Source: Mobula hypostoma
Taxonomy: Eukaryota
DNA length: 64,000 nt
Assembly: GCF_963921235.1 (NCBI RefSeq)
Contig: NC_086097.1
Span: 143,222,001-143,286,000 of the forward strand
Direction of reading: 5' to 3'
Below the pieces are notes generated by a model, which was given only the letters and a program-made list of their open reading frames with translations, had not been told where the DNA came from and did not search any database. This document shows, piece after piece, positions 51,641 to 63,342 of the stretch. Position 1 is the stretch's first letter; each line of letters opens with the position of its first letter. Position numbers and translations under genes: made by a program.

Positions 51641-51966
51641 TAGCATTAGCAGCATTTATTTCTAGTTCTCTTGCGTGGTTCATGCTGAAATATTGACTGT
51701 TTACTCTTCTCCATAGATGCTGCCTGGCCAGCTGAGTTCCTCCAGCATTTTGTTTATGTTGCTTTGGATTTCCAGCATCTACAGATTTTCTCATGTTTGT
51801 CAATGGGCTAAAAGGTCAGTTTCTGCTCCTTTCTTTTGTGTTCTCGTGTTCATGTCAGATAGAAAGCATCTTTATTGAAAATGGAATTGAACACTCTTTC
51901 ATCAACACCCCACTTCTGACTTGATAAATGGTAGGTCATTAAAACAGCTGAACATGAGTGAATTAT

Positions 51967-53434
51967 AAATGAGAAAATCTGCAGATGCTGGATAATCAAG
52001 AAAGCACACAAAATGCTGGAGGAACTCAGCAGGCCAGGCAGCATCTATGGAAAAGAGTAAACAGTTGATGTTTTGGGCCAAGAGCCTTCAGCAGAACGGG
52101 AGAAAAAAATAAGAGAATTCAGAATAAGGAGGTGAGGAGAAGGGAGGAAGAAATACAAAGTGATAGATGAAACTGGGTGGGGAGAGGGTTGAAGTAAAGA
52201 GCAGGGAAGTCAATTAGTGAAAGAGATAAAGGGCTAATGAAGGAGGAATCTGATAAGAGAGGACAGAAGGCAATGGAAAAAAGGAAGGGGGAGGAGCACC
52301 AGAGGGAGGCGATGGTCGGGTAAGAAGATAAGGTGAGAGAAGGAAATGGGAGTAGGAATGGTGAAGAAAGTTGTGGAGGAGGGGGCATTACCGGAAGTTC
52401 GAGTAATCGATGTTCATGCCGCCAGGTTAGAGCTTACCCAGACAGAATACAAGTGTTGCTCCGCCAACCCAAGTGTGGCCTCATTGTGGCAGTGAGGCCA
52501 TGAACTGACATGTTGGAATAGGGATGGGAAGTGGAATTAAAATGAGTGGCCACTGGGAGATCCTGCTTTTTCTGGCAGATGGAACGTAGGTGCTCGGTGA
52601 AGTGGCCTCCCAATCTGTGTCAGGTCTCACTGATAAACAGGAGGCCGCACCAGAAGCACTGGATGCAGTAGATGACCCCAACAGACTCACAGGTGAAGTG
52701 TTGTCTCACCTGGAAGGACAGTTTGGGGCCCTAAATGGTAGTGAGAGAGGTGGTGTAGGGGCACATGTAGCACTTGTTCCGCTTGCAAGGATAAGTGCCA
52801 GGAAGGAGATCATTGGGGTGGGATGAATGGACAAGGGAGTTGCGTAGGGAGCGATTCTGTGACAAGCAGAAAGTGGGGAGGGGGAAGGGAAGACATGCTT
52901 GGAGGTGGGATCCCATTGGAGATGGTGGAAATTATGGAGAGTTATATGCTGGATGACGAGGCTGGTGAGGTGGTAGGTGAGGACAAAAGGTACCCTATCC
53001 CTGGTGGGGTGGCAGGAGGATGGGGTGAGGGTAGATGTGCGCGAAATGGAAGAGATGCAGTTGAGGGCAGCATTAATGGTGGAGGAAGGGAAGCTGCTTT
53101 CTTTGAAGAAGGAGGGCATCTCCTTAGTTCTGGAATAAAAAGCCTCATCCTGAGAGCAGATGTGGTGGGGCCAGAGGAATTGAAAGAAGGGGATGGCATT
53201 TTTATAAGTAATAGGGTGGGAAGAGGTATATTCCAGGTAGCTGTGAGAGTCAGTGGGATTATAAAAGATATCAGTAGATAAACTGTCTCTAGAGATGGAC
53301 AAAGATTGAGAAAGGGGAGGGAGGTGTGGGAAATGGACCACGTAAATTTGAGGAAGTTGGAGGTGAAATTGATGAGCTTCGCAGGAAGCGGCACCAATGC
53401 AATTGTCGATGTAGCATAGGGAAACTTGGGGAGT
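51967..53434 (-). mobile_element. Third PLE family (RT C-terminus, GIY-YIG, decayed hammerhead at 52063-52098); continues at 54711-54936
   Basis: CYIDNCIGAAS, TDIFYNPTDSHSYLEYTSSHP; GVAMGTRMGPSYA in the 54711-54936 piece. Confidence 0.85.
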
Positions 53435-54710
53435 AATCAGAATCAGGTTTATCATCACCGGCATGTGCTGTGAAATTTGTTAACTTAGCAGCAGCAGTTC
53501 AATGCAATGCATAATTTAGCAGAGAAAAGATAATAATAATAAATAAAATAAAAATAATAAATAAACAAGTAAATCAATTACGTATATTGGATAGATTTTA
53601 AAAAACTGCAAAAACAGAACTACTGTATATTTTTAAAAAAAGAAGTGAGGTAGTGTCCAAAGATTCAATGTCCAGTTAGGGATCGGCAGAGGGGAAGAAC
53701 CCGTTCCTGCATCGCTGAGTGTGTGCCTTCAGGCTTCTGTACCTCCTACCTGATGGTAACAGTGAGAAAAGGGCATGCCCTGGGTGCTGGAGGTCCTTAA
53801 TAATGGACACTGCCTTTCTGAGACACCGCTCCCTAATGATGTCCTGTGTACTTTGTAGGCTAGTACCCAAGGTGGAGCTGACTAGACTTACAACCTTCTG
53901 CAGCTTCTTTGGGTCCTGTGCAGTAGCCCCTCCATACCAGACAGTGATGCAGCCTGTCAGAATGCTCTCCACAGTACAACTATAGAAGTTTTTGAGTGTA
54001 TTTGTTGACATGCCAAATCTCTTCAAACTCCTAATAAAGTATAGCCACTGTCTTACCTTCTTTATAACTACATCGATACGTTGGGACCAGGTTAGATCCT
54101 TCGAGGTCTTGACACCCAGGAACTTGAAGCTACTCAGTCTCTCCATTTCTGATCCCACTATGAGGACTGGTATGTGTTCCTTTGTCTTACCCTTCCTAAA
54201 GTCCACAATCAGCTCTTTCGTCTTACTGATGTTGAGTGCCAGGTTGTTGCTGTGGTACCACTCCACTAGTTGGCATATCTCACTCCTGTATGCCCTCTCA
54301 TCACCACCTCAGATTCTACCAACAATGGTTGTATCGTTAGCCAATTTATAGATGGTAGTTGAACTATGCCTAGTCACACAGTCATGTGTATATAGAGAGT
54401 AGAGCAGTGGGCTAAGCACACATCCCTGAGGTGCGCCAGTGTTGATCGTCAGCGAGGAGGGTATGTTATTGTCATATCTAGCCTTCTGGTTAGGAAGTTG
54501 AGGATCCAATTGCAGAAGGAGTTACAGCGGCCCAGGTTCTGCAACTTCTCAATCAGGATTGTGGGAATGATAGTATTAAATGCTGAGCTACAGTCGATGA
54601 ACAGCATCCTGACATAGGTGTTTGTGTTGTCCAGGTGGTCTAAAGTTGTGTGGACAGCCATTGAGATTGCGTCTGCCATTGACCTATTGTGACGATAGGC
54701 AGTTGCAATG
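53435..54710 (-). mobile_element. Young Rex1/Babar LINE fragment interrupting the PLE
   Basis: [30 protein letters not shown], 196-aa C-terminal ORF; same subfamily as 2650-3615. Confidence 0.9.
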
Positions 54711-55176
54711 ATACCAGTGTAGGCTGTTCCATATAGTCATTAAAAAAAAAAGGCAGGCATAGCTGGGACCCATGCGAGTGCCCATGGCTACACCTTTTGT
54801 TTGAAGAAAGTGGGAGGAACTGAAGGAGAAATTATTGAGAGTGAGGACCAGTTCTTGCCAGATGGAGGAGAGTGGTGGTGGAGGGGAACTGGTTGGCTCT
54901 GGTGTTCAGAAAGAAACAGAGTTTTGAGGCCTGATCGAATTCCTAGCTCTTAAGATAGATACTTTATTGATCCCAAAGGAAATTAATGTCACTGTAGCAT
55001 TACAAGTGCATAGACATACAAATGGTAGAAGAGAAGAAAGAAAGAGTAAAAAATGTTACCTCAACCAGTCTAACAGGAGGGGGTCATCACTTCCCTGGCT
55101 ACAGGTTGACTCATTATATCGCCTAACTGGTTGGCTCTGGTGTCCAGAAAGAAACAGAGAGTTTTGAGGCCTGATC

Positions 55177-55770
55177 AAAATACACTTATAGCCATGTCTG
55201 ACACACAGCTCTGAAGCAGCACAAACTGTGGTCTGCCAGTCAGACAGTCCATTATCCAGGATATAATGAAAGTGCCAACCTGCATTGAACAGAACTTTTC
55301 CCCTAGCAATGGGGGCTGTGTGGTATCGAAGGCACTTGAGAAATTGAAAAACATGATCCTCACAGTGCTGCCGTGGCTTGCTCAGGTTCTGTTCAGCAGG
55401 CAGATGACTGCATCGTCAACTCCAATGTGATTCTGGTAGACAAACTACAGGGGATTGAGGGTTGATCTGACCAGGGATCAGAGGTGAGCCAGGACCAACC
55501 TCTCGTGGGTATTCATGTTGTGAGAGGTCAGGGCCACTGAACGGTAGTCATTCAAGGTTTTTGTTTGGCCCTTCTTGGTTACTGGGTCCACACCTGATGT
55601 TTTCCACACAGCCGGGACCATTTCCAAGCTGAAATTCAGATTGAAAATGCTCTGGAGAACTCCACACAGCTGCTCAGCACACTCCTTCAGCACCTTGGGG
55701 TTCACATCATCTGGTCCCAATGCTTTGCCATGTCTGAGTTTCCCCAGAGCCCTTCTCTCCTGTTCATAGT
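55177..55770 (-). mobile_element. Rex1-like RT fragment of a different subfamily
   Basis: KALGPDDV..LKECAEQL, LNDYRSVALTS, IMFFNFSSAFDT. Confidence 0.75.
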
Positions 55771-55975
55771 TCACCCCTCCCCCATGGTTTCACCTATCAC
55801 CTGCTTCTTTGTATTTCTTCCTCCCCCCTGCCCCCCCCTACCCTCTGTTCACCTTACTCATCTTTTTTTCTCCTGTTCTGCTGAAGGGTCTTGGCCTGAA
55901 ACATCAACTGTTTACTTGTTTCCATAGTTGCTGCTCGGCCTGCTGAGTTCCTCCAGCATTTTGTGTGTGGTGCTT
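55770..55975 (+). mobile_element. PLE 3' end with variant hammerhead at 55874-55909
   Basis: gtt-CTGCTGA-agggtcttggcct-GAAA-ca-TC/aac. Confidence 0.75.
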
Positions 55976-56297
55976 GAATATGAGTGAGTTAGGATAGTGC
56001 CCTGGGGAACTTGTGCAGTAATATTCTGGGTCTGGATTGATGAACCTTTGAGAATTACAGCTATTTTACAATGTTATACTCGGTCTGTCCTTTAGATTCC
56101 TTTACCAACCATTCACTGTACAAGACCAATCATACTTAACTATTAAACTTACTTTTTCTATTCTGTATTTGCTCCATAATCAGTCCTCCACCCATTACAG
56201 CCGGTTTCTTAAGCTCATTTTAGGAAACAACTTGCTGTGCAGTACCTTACAGAAAATAATGTGATTTCTCCTTGCCTAATTTGGTTGCATTCCCTAA

Positions 56298-56322
56298 AAT
56301 ATATTATATATATATATATATT

Positions 56323-56359
<37 letters not shown>

Positions 56360-56379
56360 TTTTATATATATATATATAT
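56298..56379. repeat. Compound (TA)n(CA)n(TA)n microsatellite
   Basis: Seen directly in sequence. Confidence 0.9.
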
Positions 56380-56569
56380 TTCCTTCCTTCCTTCCTCCCC
56401 ACATTTATAAAATATTCTAATATTTTCCTTACTACTCATGGCAATCCATTTCCCTGTTTTTTCACCTCCTTTCTTGAATATCTACTACCTTGTCATAATG
56501 GTAATGGTATAATGGAGAAAGACAATTGACAGACTGTCCTGCTCCCTCTACTTTTCAGCATGGTTTTGG

Positions 56570-57125
56570 TGATTAGATTAGATTATGAGGACACTCAGTC
56601 CTCGTTTATTGTAACTTAGAAATGCATGCGTTAAAAAATGATACAATGTTCCTCCAGTGATATCACAAAAAAAACAGGACAAACCAAAGACTAACACTGA
56701 CAAAACTACATAATTATAACATATAAATACAGCAGTGCAAAACAATACCATAATTTGATGAAGAGCAGACCATGGGCACTGTAAAAAAAAAATAAATCTT
56801 AAGTCTCGATCGACTCCGATAGTCCCCAATAGCAGGCGGCAAAAAGGAAGAAACTCCCTGCCATAAACCTCCAGGCACCGACAACTGCCGATGCATTGGA
56901 AGCACCCGACAGCCGACACTGAGTCCGTCCAAAATCTTTGAGCCTCCAAGCAGCCCCTCCGATACAGCCTCCTGAGCATCATCCTCTGCCGAGCGCCTTC
57001 GACCTCGTCCCGGCCGCCGAAACAAGCAAAGCAGAGGATTCGGAGGCCTTCTCCGGAGATTCCGGACCACTCAGTAGGAGCGGCAGCGAAGCGGGCATTT
57101 CAAAAGTTTCTCCAGATGTCCCTCC
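56570..57125 (-). mobile_element. 5'-truncated copy of the (AATCT)n-tailed retroposon
   Basis: Colinear with 8453-9000. Confidence 0.7.
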
Positions 57126-57195
57126 ATAATCTCATGTGGGATTACAGAATTCCCACGTTGTAATCTGATTAATGTTTTATTTTTTAACTTTGTAG

Positions 57196-57230
57196 GACTT
57201 GGTGAACCTTGCCCCCAGGAAGCCTGACTG
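57196..57230 (+). CDS. CCDC12: CCDC12 coding exon 5 (DLVNLAPRKPD-W)
   Basis: Acceptor ctttgtag, donor gtatgt; 35 nt; conserved NLAPRKPDWDLKRD motif. Confidence 0.96.
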
Positions 57231-57392
57231 GTATGTGACTGACTTTATTAAATCAAGATGTTATTTGCAAAGAAATTTATTCAATTTGTTTCTAATTTTG
57301 TCTATTTATTCTACCACTCCCTTGTTGATGCCAATCTTTCCGCAATTGCCAAGAAAGATTTTGGAATGCTAAAGAATGTGTTTTTTTTTCAG

Positions 57393-57469
57393 GGATCTGA
57401 AAAGGGATGTGGCAAAAAAACTAGAAAAGCTAGAGAAGAGAACACAGAGAGCAATAGCAGAACTAATCC
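57393..57469 (+). CDS. CCDC12: CCDC12 coding exon 6 (DLKRDVAKKLEKLEKRTQRAIAELI)
   Basis: Acceptor tttttttttcag, donor gtaagt; 77 nt; conserved coiled coil. Confidence 0.96.
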
Positions 57470-57939
57470 GTAAGTAATTACTGAAGGGAAATTGCAGGTA
57501 CTTCGACGTAAAAAAGTATTTGAGTAAATTAACTAGCAGTGTGATGTTTGAAGGCGTTCAAGTAAGTGATGGCAATTACAAAAGGAAATTAATAGAACTG
57601 AGGTGATTAGTTTTCCATGGTAACAGCTTCAGATAAATCAGAAATTAAAAATCAACAAGTTCTACATACGAAGGGTAGTCCATAACAGCACCATCACCCA
57701 AAGAGAAATAGTCAAAGACTTTGAAGATTGGGACCAGTTGTGGTTATGATCTGAGTTAGTGCAGCAAACTCGAGACCTATCTCGTTCAGCATATCTCAGG
57801 AATTGTTTGACGTTTATATAAAATTAAATAAAGGCAATGGACTGATAATGCAATGCAATGAAATAGTTCATTGGAGAGAAGGGTATCTTAACCGCGACAG
57901 AATGGGTCAAATACATCTCATTCCCATTCTTGTTTTCAC

Positions 57940-59960
57940 GGAAAGTTTTAGTGATGCAGGCAGACAGTACAGGATTCACCTGTGGCCATTCCTCTTAGCA
58001 ATGTGTGCTGCTTTGGATACAACTGGAGATTCTGTGGCTGCAAAAGAGCTGCCAGGATGGTGTGGTGCCTCCTGGGTGCGAGACTGAGGATGTCTCCGAG
58101 CAGCCGCAGAACATTCTCAAGGTGAAGGGTGAGCACCCAGAGGTTGTGGTGCGCATCAGCACCCCTGACATGGATAGAAGTAGTCTGCTTTTCTACCTCC
58201 TTCTTCACTCCCACATTGAGCATAGGAAGTTGGCTGTCAGAGATACCAGGACATGAAGTGGAGAGATTGAAAAGAAGATACAGTGCTCACTTAATTTCTT
58301 ATATCTGTACACCTTGATGCAAATATCTAATCAATCATGTGTCAAAACAATGTATAAAGCTTGCAGTCATGGTCAAGAGGTTCAATTGTTGTTCAAACCA
58401 ACTGGGGAAGAATGTGATCTAAGTGACTTCATCTGTGGAACAGTGTTAGTGTCAGGCAGGGTGGTTTGAGTATCTCAGAAACTGATGATCTCCTGGGATT
58501 TTTACATACAACAATCTCTAGAGTTTACAGAGAATGGTGCAATAAACAAAAAAACATCCAGTGAGCGGCAGTTCTGTGGGAAAAATCGCCTTGTCAGTGA
58601 AAAGGGTCAAAGGAGAATGGCCAGATTGGTCAAGTCAACAGGAAGGTGACAGTAACTCAAGTAAGCACATATTACAACAGTGGTGTGCAGAAGAGCATAT
58701 CCGAACACATGCACATTAATCCTTGAAGTGGATGGGCTACAGCATCAGAAGACCACGAGCATATATAGTGTCCACTTTATTAGGTACAGGTGGTATCTAA
58801 TAAAGTGGCCACTGAATATTGATATCATGACCAGTAAACCTAAGGAGGGACAGGCAGAACAGGGTAATAGACATAGTATGGAAGAGTTTAAGTGTGCTTA
58901 TCTTAATGCTAGGCATTTTTAAAGTAAGGGGAAGGGAGAGGGAGGACTGGATGCTCAATGTTCAAACTTTCCAAAAAGATAGGGAAGTAAAAGAGAGAGG
59001 TGAGTTGCACCATTAATCAAGGGAAATTGCCCAGCTGCGCTTGGGAGACATAATGTAGGGCTTAGTCACTGAGTATATCTGTGGAACTCAAAAATAAGAA
59101 AAGTACAAAACACTTTGGGGCTATACTTCAGAACCTTCCCGTTCCCCCTCCCCCTCCCCCATGCCAAAAGCCACGGGAGTATTAAAGAACAGATATGCAG
59201 GCAGTTTACAGATGTATAAACAACAGGTATTGCCATGGGTGATTTCAACTTGCTCATTATTGCCTGCAACCTCCTTAATGTAAGAGGTTAGATGGAGAAG
59301 AAATGGTGAGGTGCATCGAGAAGGATTCTTAAATTGTCCAATGGGAGGAGGAGCCATACTGGATCTGGTGTGGGCAATTGAGCCTGGTCACGTGACTGAC
59401 CTCTCAGTGGGAGAACAATAAGGAAATAGTAATCACAATTCCTAAAGTTTTAAGATCGCTTTAAGTAAAGATGATCACGGACCTCGAAGGAAAAAAAAAA
59501 TTGGAGCAGGGCAAATTATAAGATTATTAGGCAGGAACTAGGGAGAATTGGGAGCATCTGTTTTTGGGCATTCATAATTGACATGTGGAGGGTGTTTAAC
59601 TTGCATGGAGGACAGGACCACAGTAAGAAGGAAGGACAAGGATGGCAACGTAAGGGAACCTTGGATATTGAGAGAAGTGTTGAATTTAGTTGAGAAGAAA
59701 AAGGAAGCATTTGAAGGTTTAGGAATTTAAAATCAGACAGTTCTTGAAGATTATAGAGAAATGGACTTAAAGGGAATTAGGAAGGCCAGAAGGGTTCATG
59801 AGAAGACCTTGCAGGAAGGATTAAACTAAATCCCAAAGCATTCTATACATCAAGAGCAAGAGGATAACCAGGGAATGGGTAAATCCAATCAAGGATAAAG
59901 AAAGGAACATCCGCTTGGAGTCAGAATGTGAGTGAGGTCCTACATGTGCTATTTGACCAC
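57940..59960 (+). mobile_element. Degenerate CR1 (esterase remnant and endonuclease), interrupted by the Tc1
   Basis: Esterase-like remnant at 58030-58175; AYLNAR, MGDFN, ILDLV. Confidence 0.65.
58281..58816 (+). mobile_element. Tc1-like non-autonomous DNA transposon
   Basis: GLSISETDDLLGFLHTTISRVYREW (Tc1 HTH region); terminal ctaataaagtggccactg. Confidence 0.8.
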
Positions 59961-62429
59961 AAGTCCCTACAAAGGATTACAAGGACTGCTGAGAGGATCA
60001 TCTGGGTCTCCCTTCCACCCATTATAGATATTTAACAGGAGCGCTGTGTATGCAAGGCCCTTAGCATTGTCAATGATTTCTCACATCTATCCAACAATCT
60101 TACTTGACTCTCTACCACCAGGCAGGAGGTACGTAGCATTAGGACAAGAACTGTGTTAGGATGGAAAGCAGGTTCTTCTCTCCCCCCTGCCCAGGTTGTA
60201 AGACTACTGAACTCTCTGCCACCACATATGAATCGCCTCATATGGTCTCATCGTGTATGAAAGGACAGTAGCATTATACGGTTTACTTTTTAAAGTTGCA
60301 ATATCTACATATTATTTGTTAATTTTGATAATATTACTTTTGATGATACTGAATTTGAAGTACTTGATTTACCAAAAAGGATGTGGGAGATAGTGTAATC
60401 AGTGTGGAGTGTGGTAATAATGCTAGAGCATTTCGAAATAACGGAAATGAGGTAGTGTTCAAAGTTCAAAATAAACTTATTATCTAAGTACATATATATC
60501 ATCATATACAATCCTGAGATTTGTTTTCTTGCAGGCAGTCAGTAAATCCAAGAACCATAACAAAATCAATGAAAGACTTCTCCCAACAAAGTGGACAAAC
60601 AATCAATATGCAAAAGACAACAAACTGTGCAAACACAAGGGGAAAAAAATAGTAATATAAAGTAAATAAACAATAAATATCGAGAACATGAGATGAAGAG
60701 TTCTTGAATGAGTCCATAGGTTGTAGAACAGTTCAGTGTTGGGCCTCATAAAGAATGTTAAGGTGGGTAAGGCCCCAGCACCTCTTGGGGATGTATACCC
60801 CAGGTTATTGAGAGACTTTGATCAACATCTTTGTCCTCTCTAACCACAAGTAGGGTTCCAAAGGGCTGGTGAGTTGCTCATGCTGCTTTGTCATTCAAGA
60901 AGGGAAATGGTGATAATACTGTAAAATATAGATTGGTGAGTCTCAAGTTAATGGTAGGGATGCTATCGGAGAGGAGTTTTGGGCATAGGATAGGAACATT
61001 TTGGAAAATCATGACCAAATTATGAACAATCAGCTTGGTTTTGTACATGACCTATCTTATTAATTTGATTGAAAAACGCTTTATTCTGCACTTTGTTTTG
61101 GTACTACCTTGTATACTGTAGTATGAACTGATCTGTTTCAACAGCATACAAGGCAAGTTTTTCCACAGTATCTTCGTACATGTGATAAAAATAAACCAAT
61201 TTACCAAATGACATTGAATTGCATAATTATCAGTAAATATCTCCACTTTTAATCTTGTGGAAGGAAAGTCATTCATGAAGCAACACAAGATGGTTGCTTA
61301 GGACGCTGTCCTGAGGAACTTCTACAGTGATCTCCTAAGGAAAGAATGTTTGTCCTCTCAGCCACATCATCTTCTTTGTGGGAAATATAGTTCTAGCCAC
61401 TGAAATATTTTCACTTTATCCATTTTATCAAGACACTGATGCCACACTCAAAAATTTATTTGTTGTCATGGGCAGTCACTATCACATTACCTCTAGAATT
61501 CAGGCTTTCAGTTGATATTTTGACTAATGCAGAGCAAAATGATCCTTGTAGAAACCAAACTGGACAAGTGATAGGTTATTGATGAGTAGCAGCAGTAATT
61601 GCACCTTCTGCCTCTGAATGTAGACTATTTGGACAGTCATTTAGTCAGACTGAATTTGTCTTGCTTTTTGTGAGCAGGTTATATGTGAACTATGTTCTAC
61701 TTTATCAGGTTGATATCAGTGTTTTAATAGCACTGTAGGGTCTTGGACAAAAGAACTGCATTCCAGAGCTAGCTGTACCTCTAACCAAGTCCAGTCTAGG
61801 ACATACCTCCTCCCACCAGTATACCACTAGGCTGTCACATTTGGTATGTCTGTTCTGCTGTAGAGCAATATGTACCTAAGAATTATGACAATTGGGTCTG
61901 GCACATTTTTGGATAAAATTCTGAGAACTGCTTACGGCTTGGAATTGACAGGTCTGAGGGACTGCTTTCCCATTTCAGGCCATCAGTCCCCAGATGTTTG
62001 CGAGGTGGACTTTGCAAGGTTGCCTGGACAGCACATTGCTATATTCATGGCAAGTGATCAGTCCAGTTCTATTCTTTTTCTATATGTACATAGGGCTATT
62101 GCTGCAATTGAGTGACATGCTCTGCTGCTGCAAGAGGGCATTTAATAATCAACTGCATGGGTGGGTCCATATTGGCCAGAGCTTGTAAGGATAGCAGGGG
62201 TCTTTTCTAATTGATGAAGGAAATCCAGATCATCACTATTGAAACCAGTCCCCCCCACCCCCCGCCAATTTAACTGAAATTAAATTCCACACCTGCTGTG
62301 CAGGGAACTGAACATGAATCTTTGAATTGTCCAGGTCTCTGAATTACTAGTATAGTGATTTATATTACCAGTCAGACAGCTTAACTACTAATCTTGAGTA
62401 TAAATACCATTTGACAGATTATAATTTTG

Positions 62430-62638
62430 TTTTGATTGTTTCTCTCTGCGGTTTGTGGTGCATATTGGGCTGCAACCTTGCTGTTTCTTTAGCATTTGTC
62501 CATTTTTTACGAGGCTGAGTTGCTTGCTCGATGCTCAAATCAGCACAGATGAAAAGTGTGCAAAGAGCTGGCTGGATTTGAACCCAAGACCACTTGCCTC
62601 GAGGTCTGGTGCGAATGCCACTACATCACCGGCTGGCT
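62430..62638 (-). mobile_element. tRNA-derived SINE (same family as 50748)
   Basis: gggttcaaatcc B box on - strand; colinear with 50748-50952. Confidence 0.7.
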
Positions 62639-62721
62639 AATATGTTTGTTTGCCTTAAGCTAATTCTTAGATTTGGATATATTATTGAGTGATGTTAATT
62701 TAGATAATTTATTTCCCACAG

Positions 62722-62801
62722 GTGAGAAACTAAAAGGCAATGAAGATGACCTAGCATCTGCAGTTGGAGCAGTAAAACAGGAGGATTATGACTCTGAGTG
62801 A
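62722..62801 (+). CDS. CCDC12: CCDC12 last coding exon 7 (R-EKLKGNEDDLASAVGAVKQEDYDSE*)
   Basis: Acceptor atttcccacag; in frame; TGA at 62799-62801; resembles RERLKGQEDSLASAV...DSD. Confidence 0.93.
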
Positions 62802-63236
62802 CTCCTGGTCCTCTGGTGGACAGTAATTTTGGGTCAGCCACAAGCTAGTTAACTTCAGGGTATAGGTACATGCACGCCATTTTATGTCCCCTGTTAACCT
62901 TCTCTTTGAAGAGAAAATGCCAATGTATCAGATCAGGGTTGAAGCACATTGAAAAGGTGGCCTTCATTCCACCTTACAGGCAGGACTCTGCTCTCTACTT
63001 TGACTTCTGGCTGCTGATGTAATGATCCCATTGTCTCTGTTGCCACTGTACCATATACTGATCTGCAACGAACTTCCATCTTCAATTCAAATGTCTTGTT
63101 ATTATGCTAATTTTAAATTTAATTATGGATGTTTATTTTTCTATGATATTGATTGTAATACATCTTCGCTAGATCACCTGTCATTTCATTTCCAGGTCAG
63201 AGCCCAGGTTTGTTCTTTAAAAATCAGCCCTTCTGA

Positions 63237-63242
63237 AATAAA
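63237..63242 (+). terminator. Candidate polyadenylation signal of CCDC12 (3' UTR about 62802-63260)
   Basis: First AATAAA I found after the stop, followed by a U/GU-rich tract (gtcattgtttttactcatttgctttg). Confidence 0.6.
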
Positions 63243-63342
63243 GGTCATTGTTTTTACTCATTTGCTTTGTTTTCCCTGTGCCTTAATGTTTAAAAATTGA
63301 TTGCAGTGTTCAGCATGGTCTAACTAGCTCATTGTGCAGTTA

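Noticed and set aside
57258..57473. 71-aa ORF over exon 6
   Set aside because: Wrong frame; the spliced frame gives the conserved CCDC12 sequence
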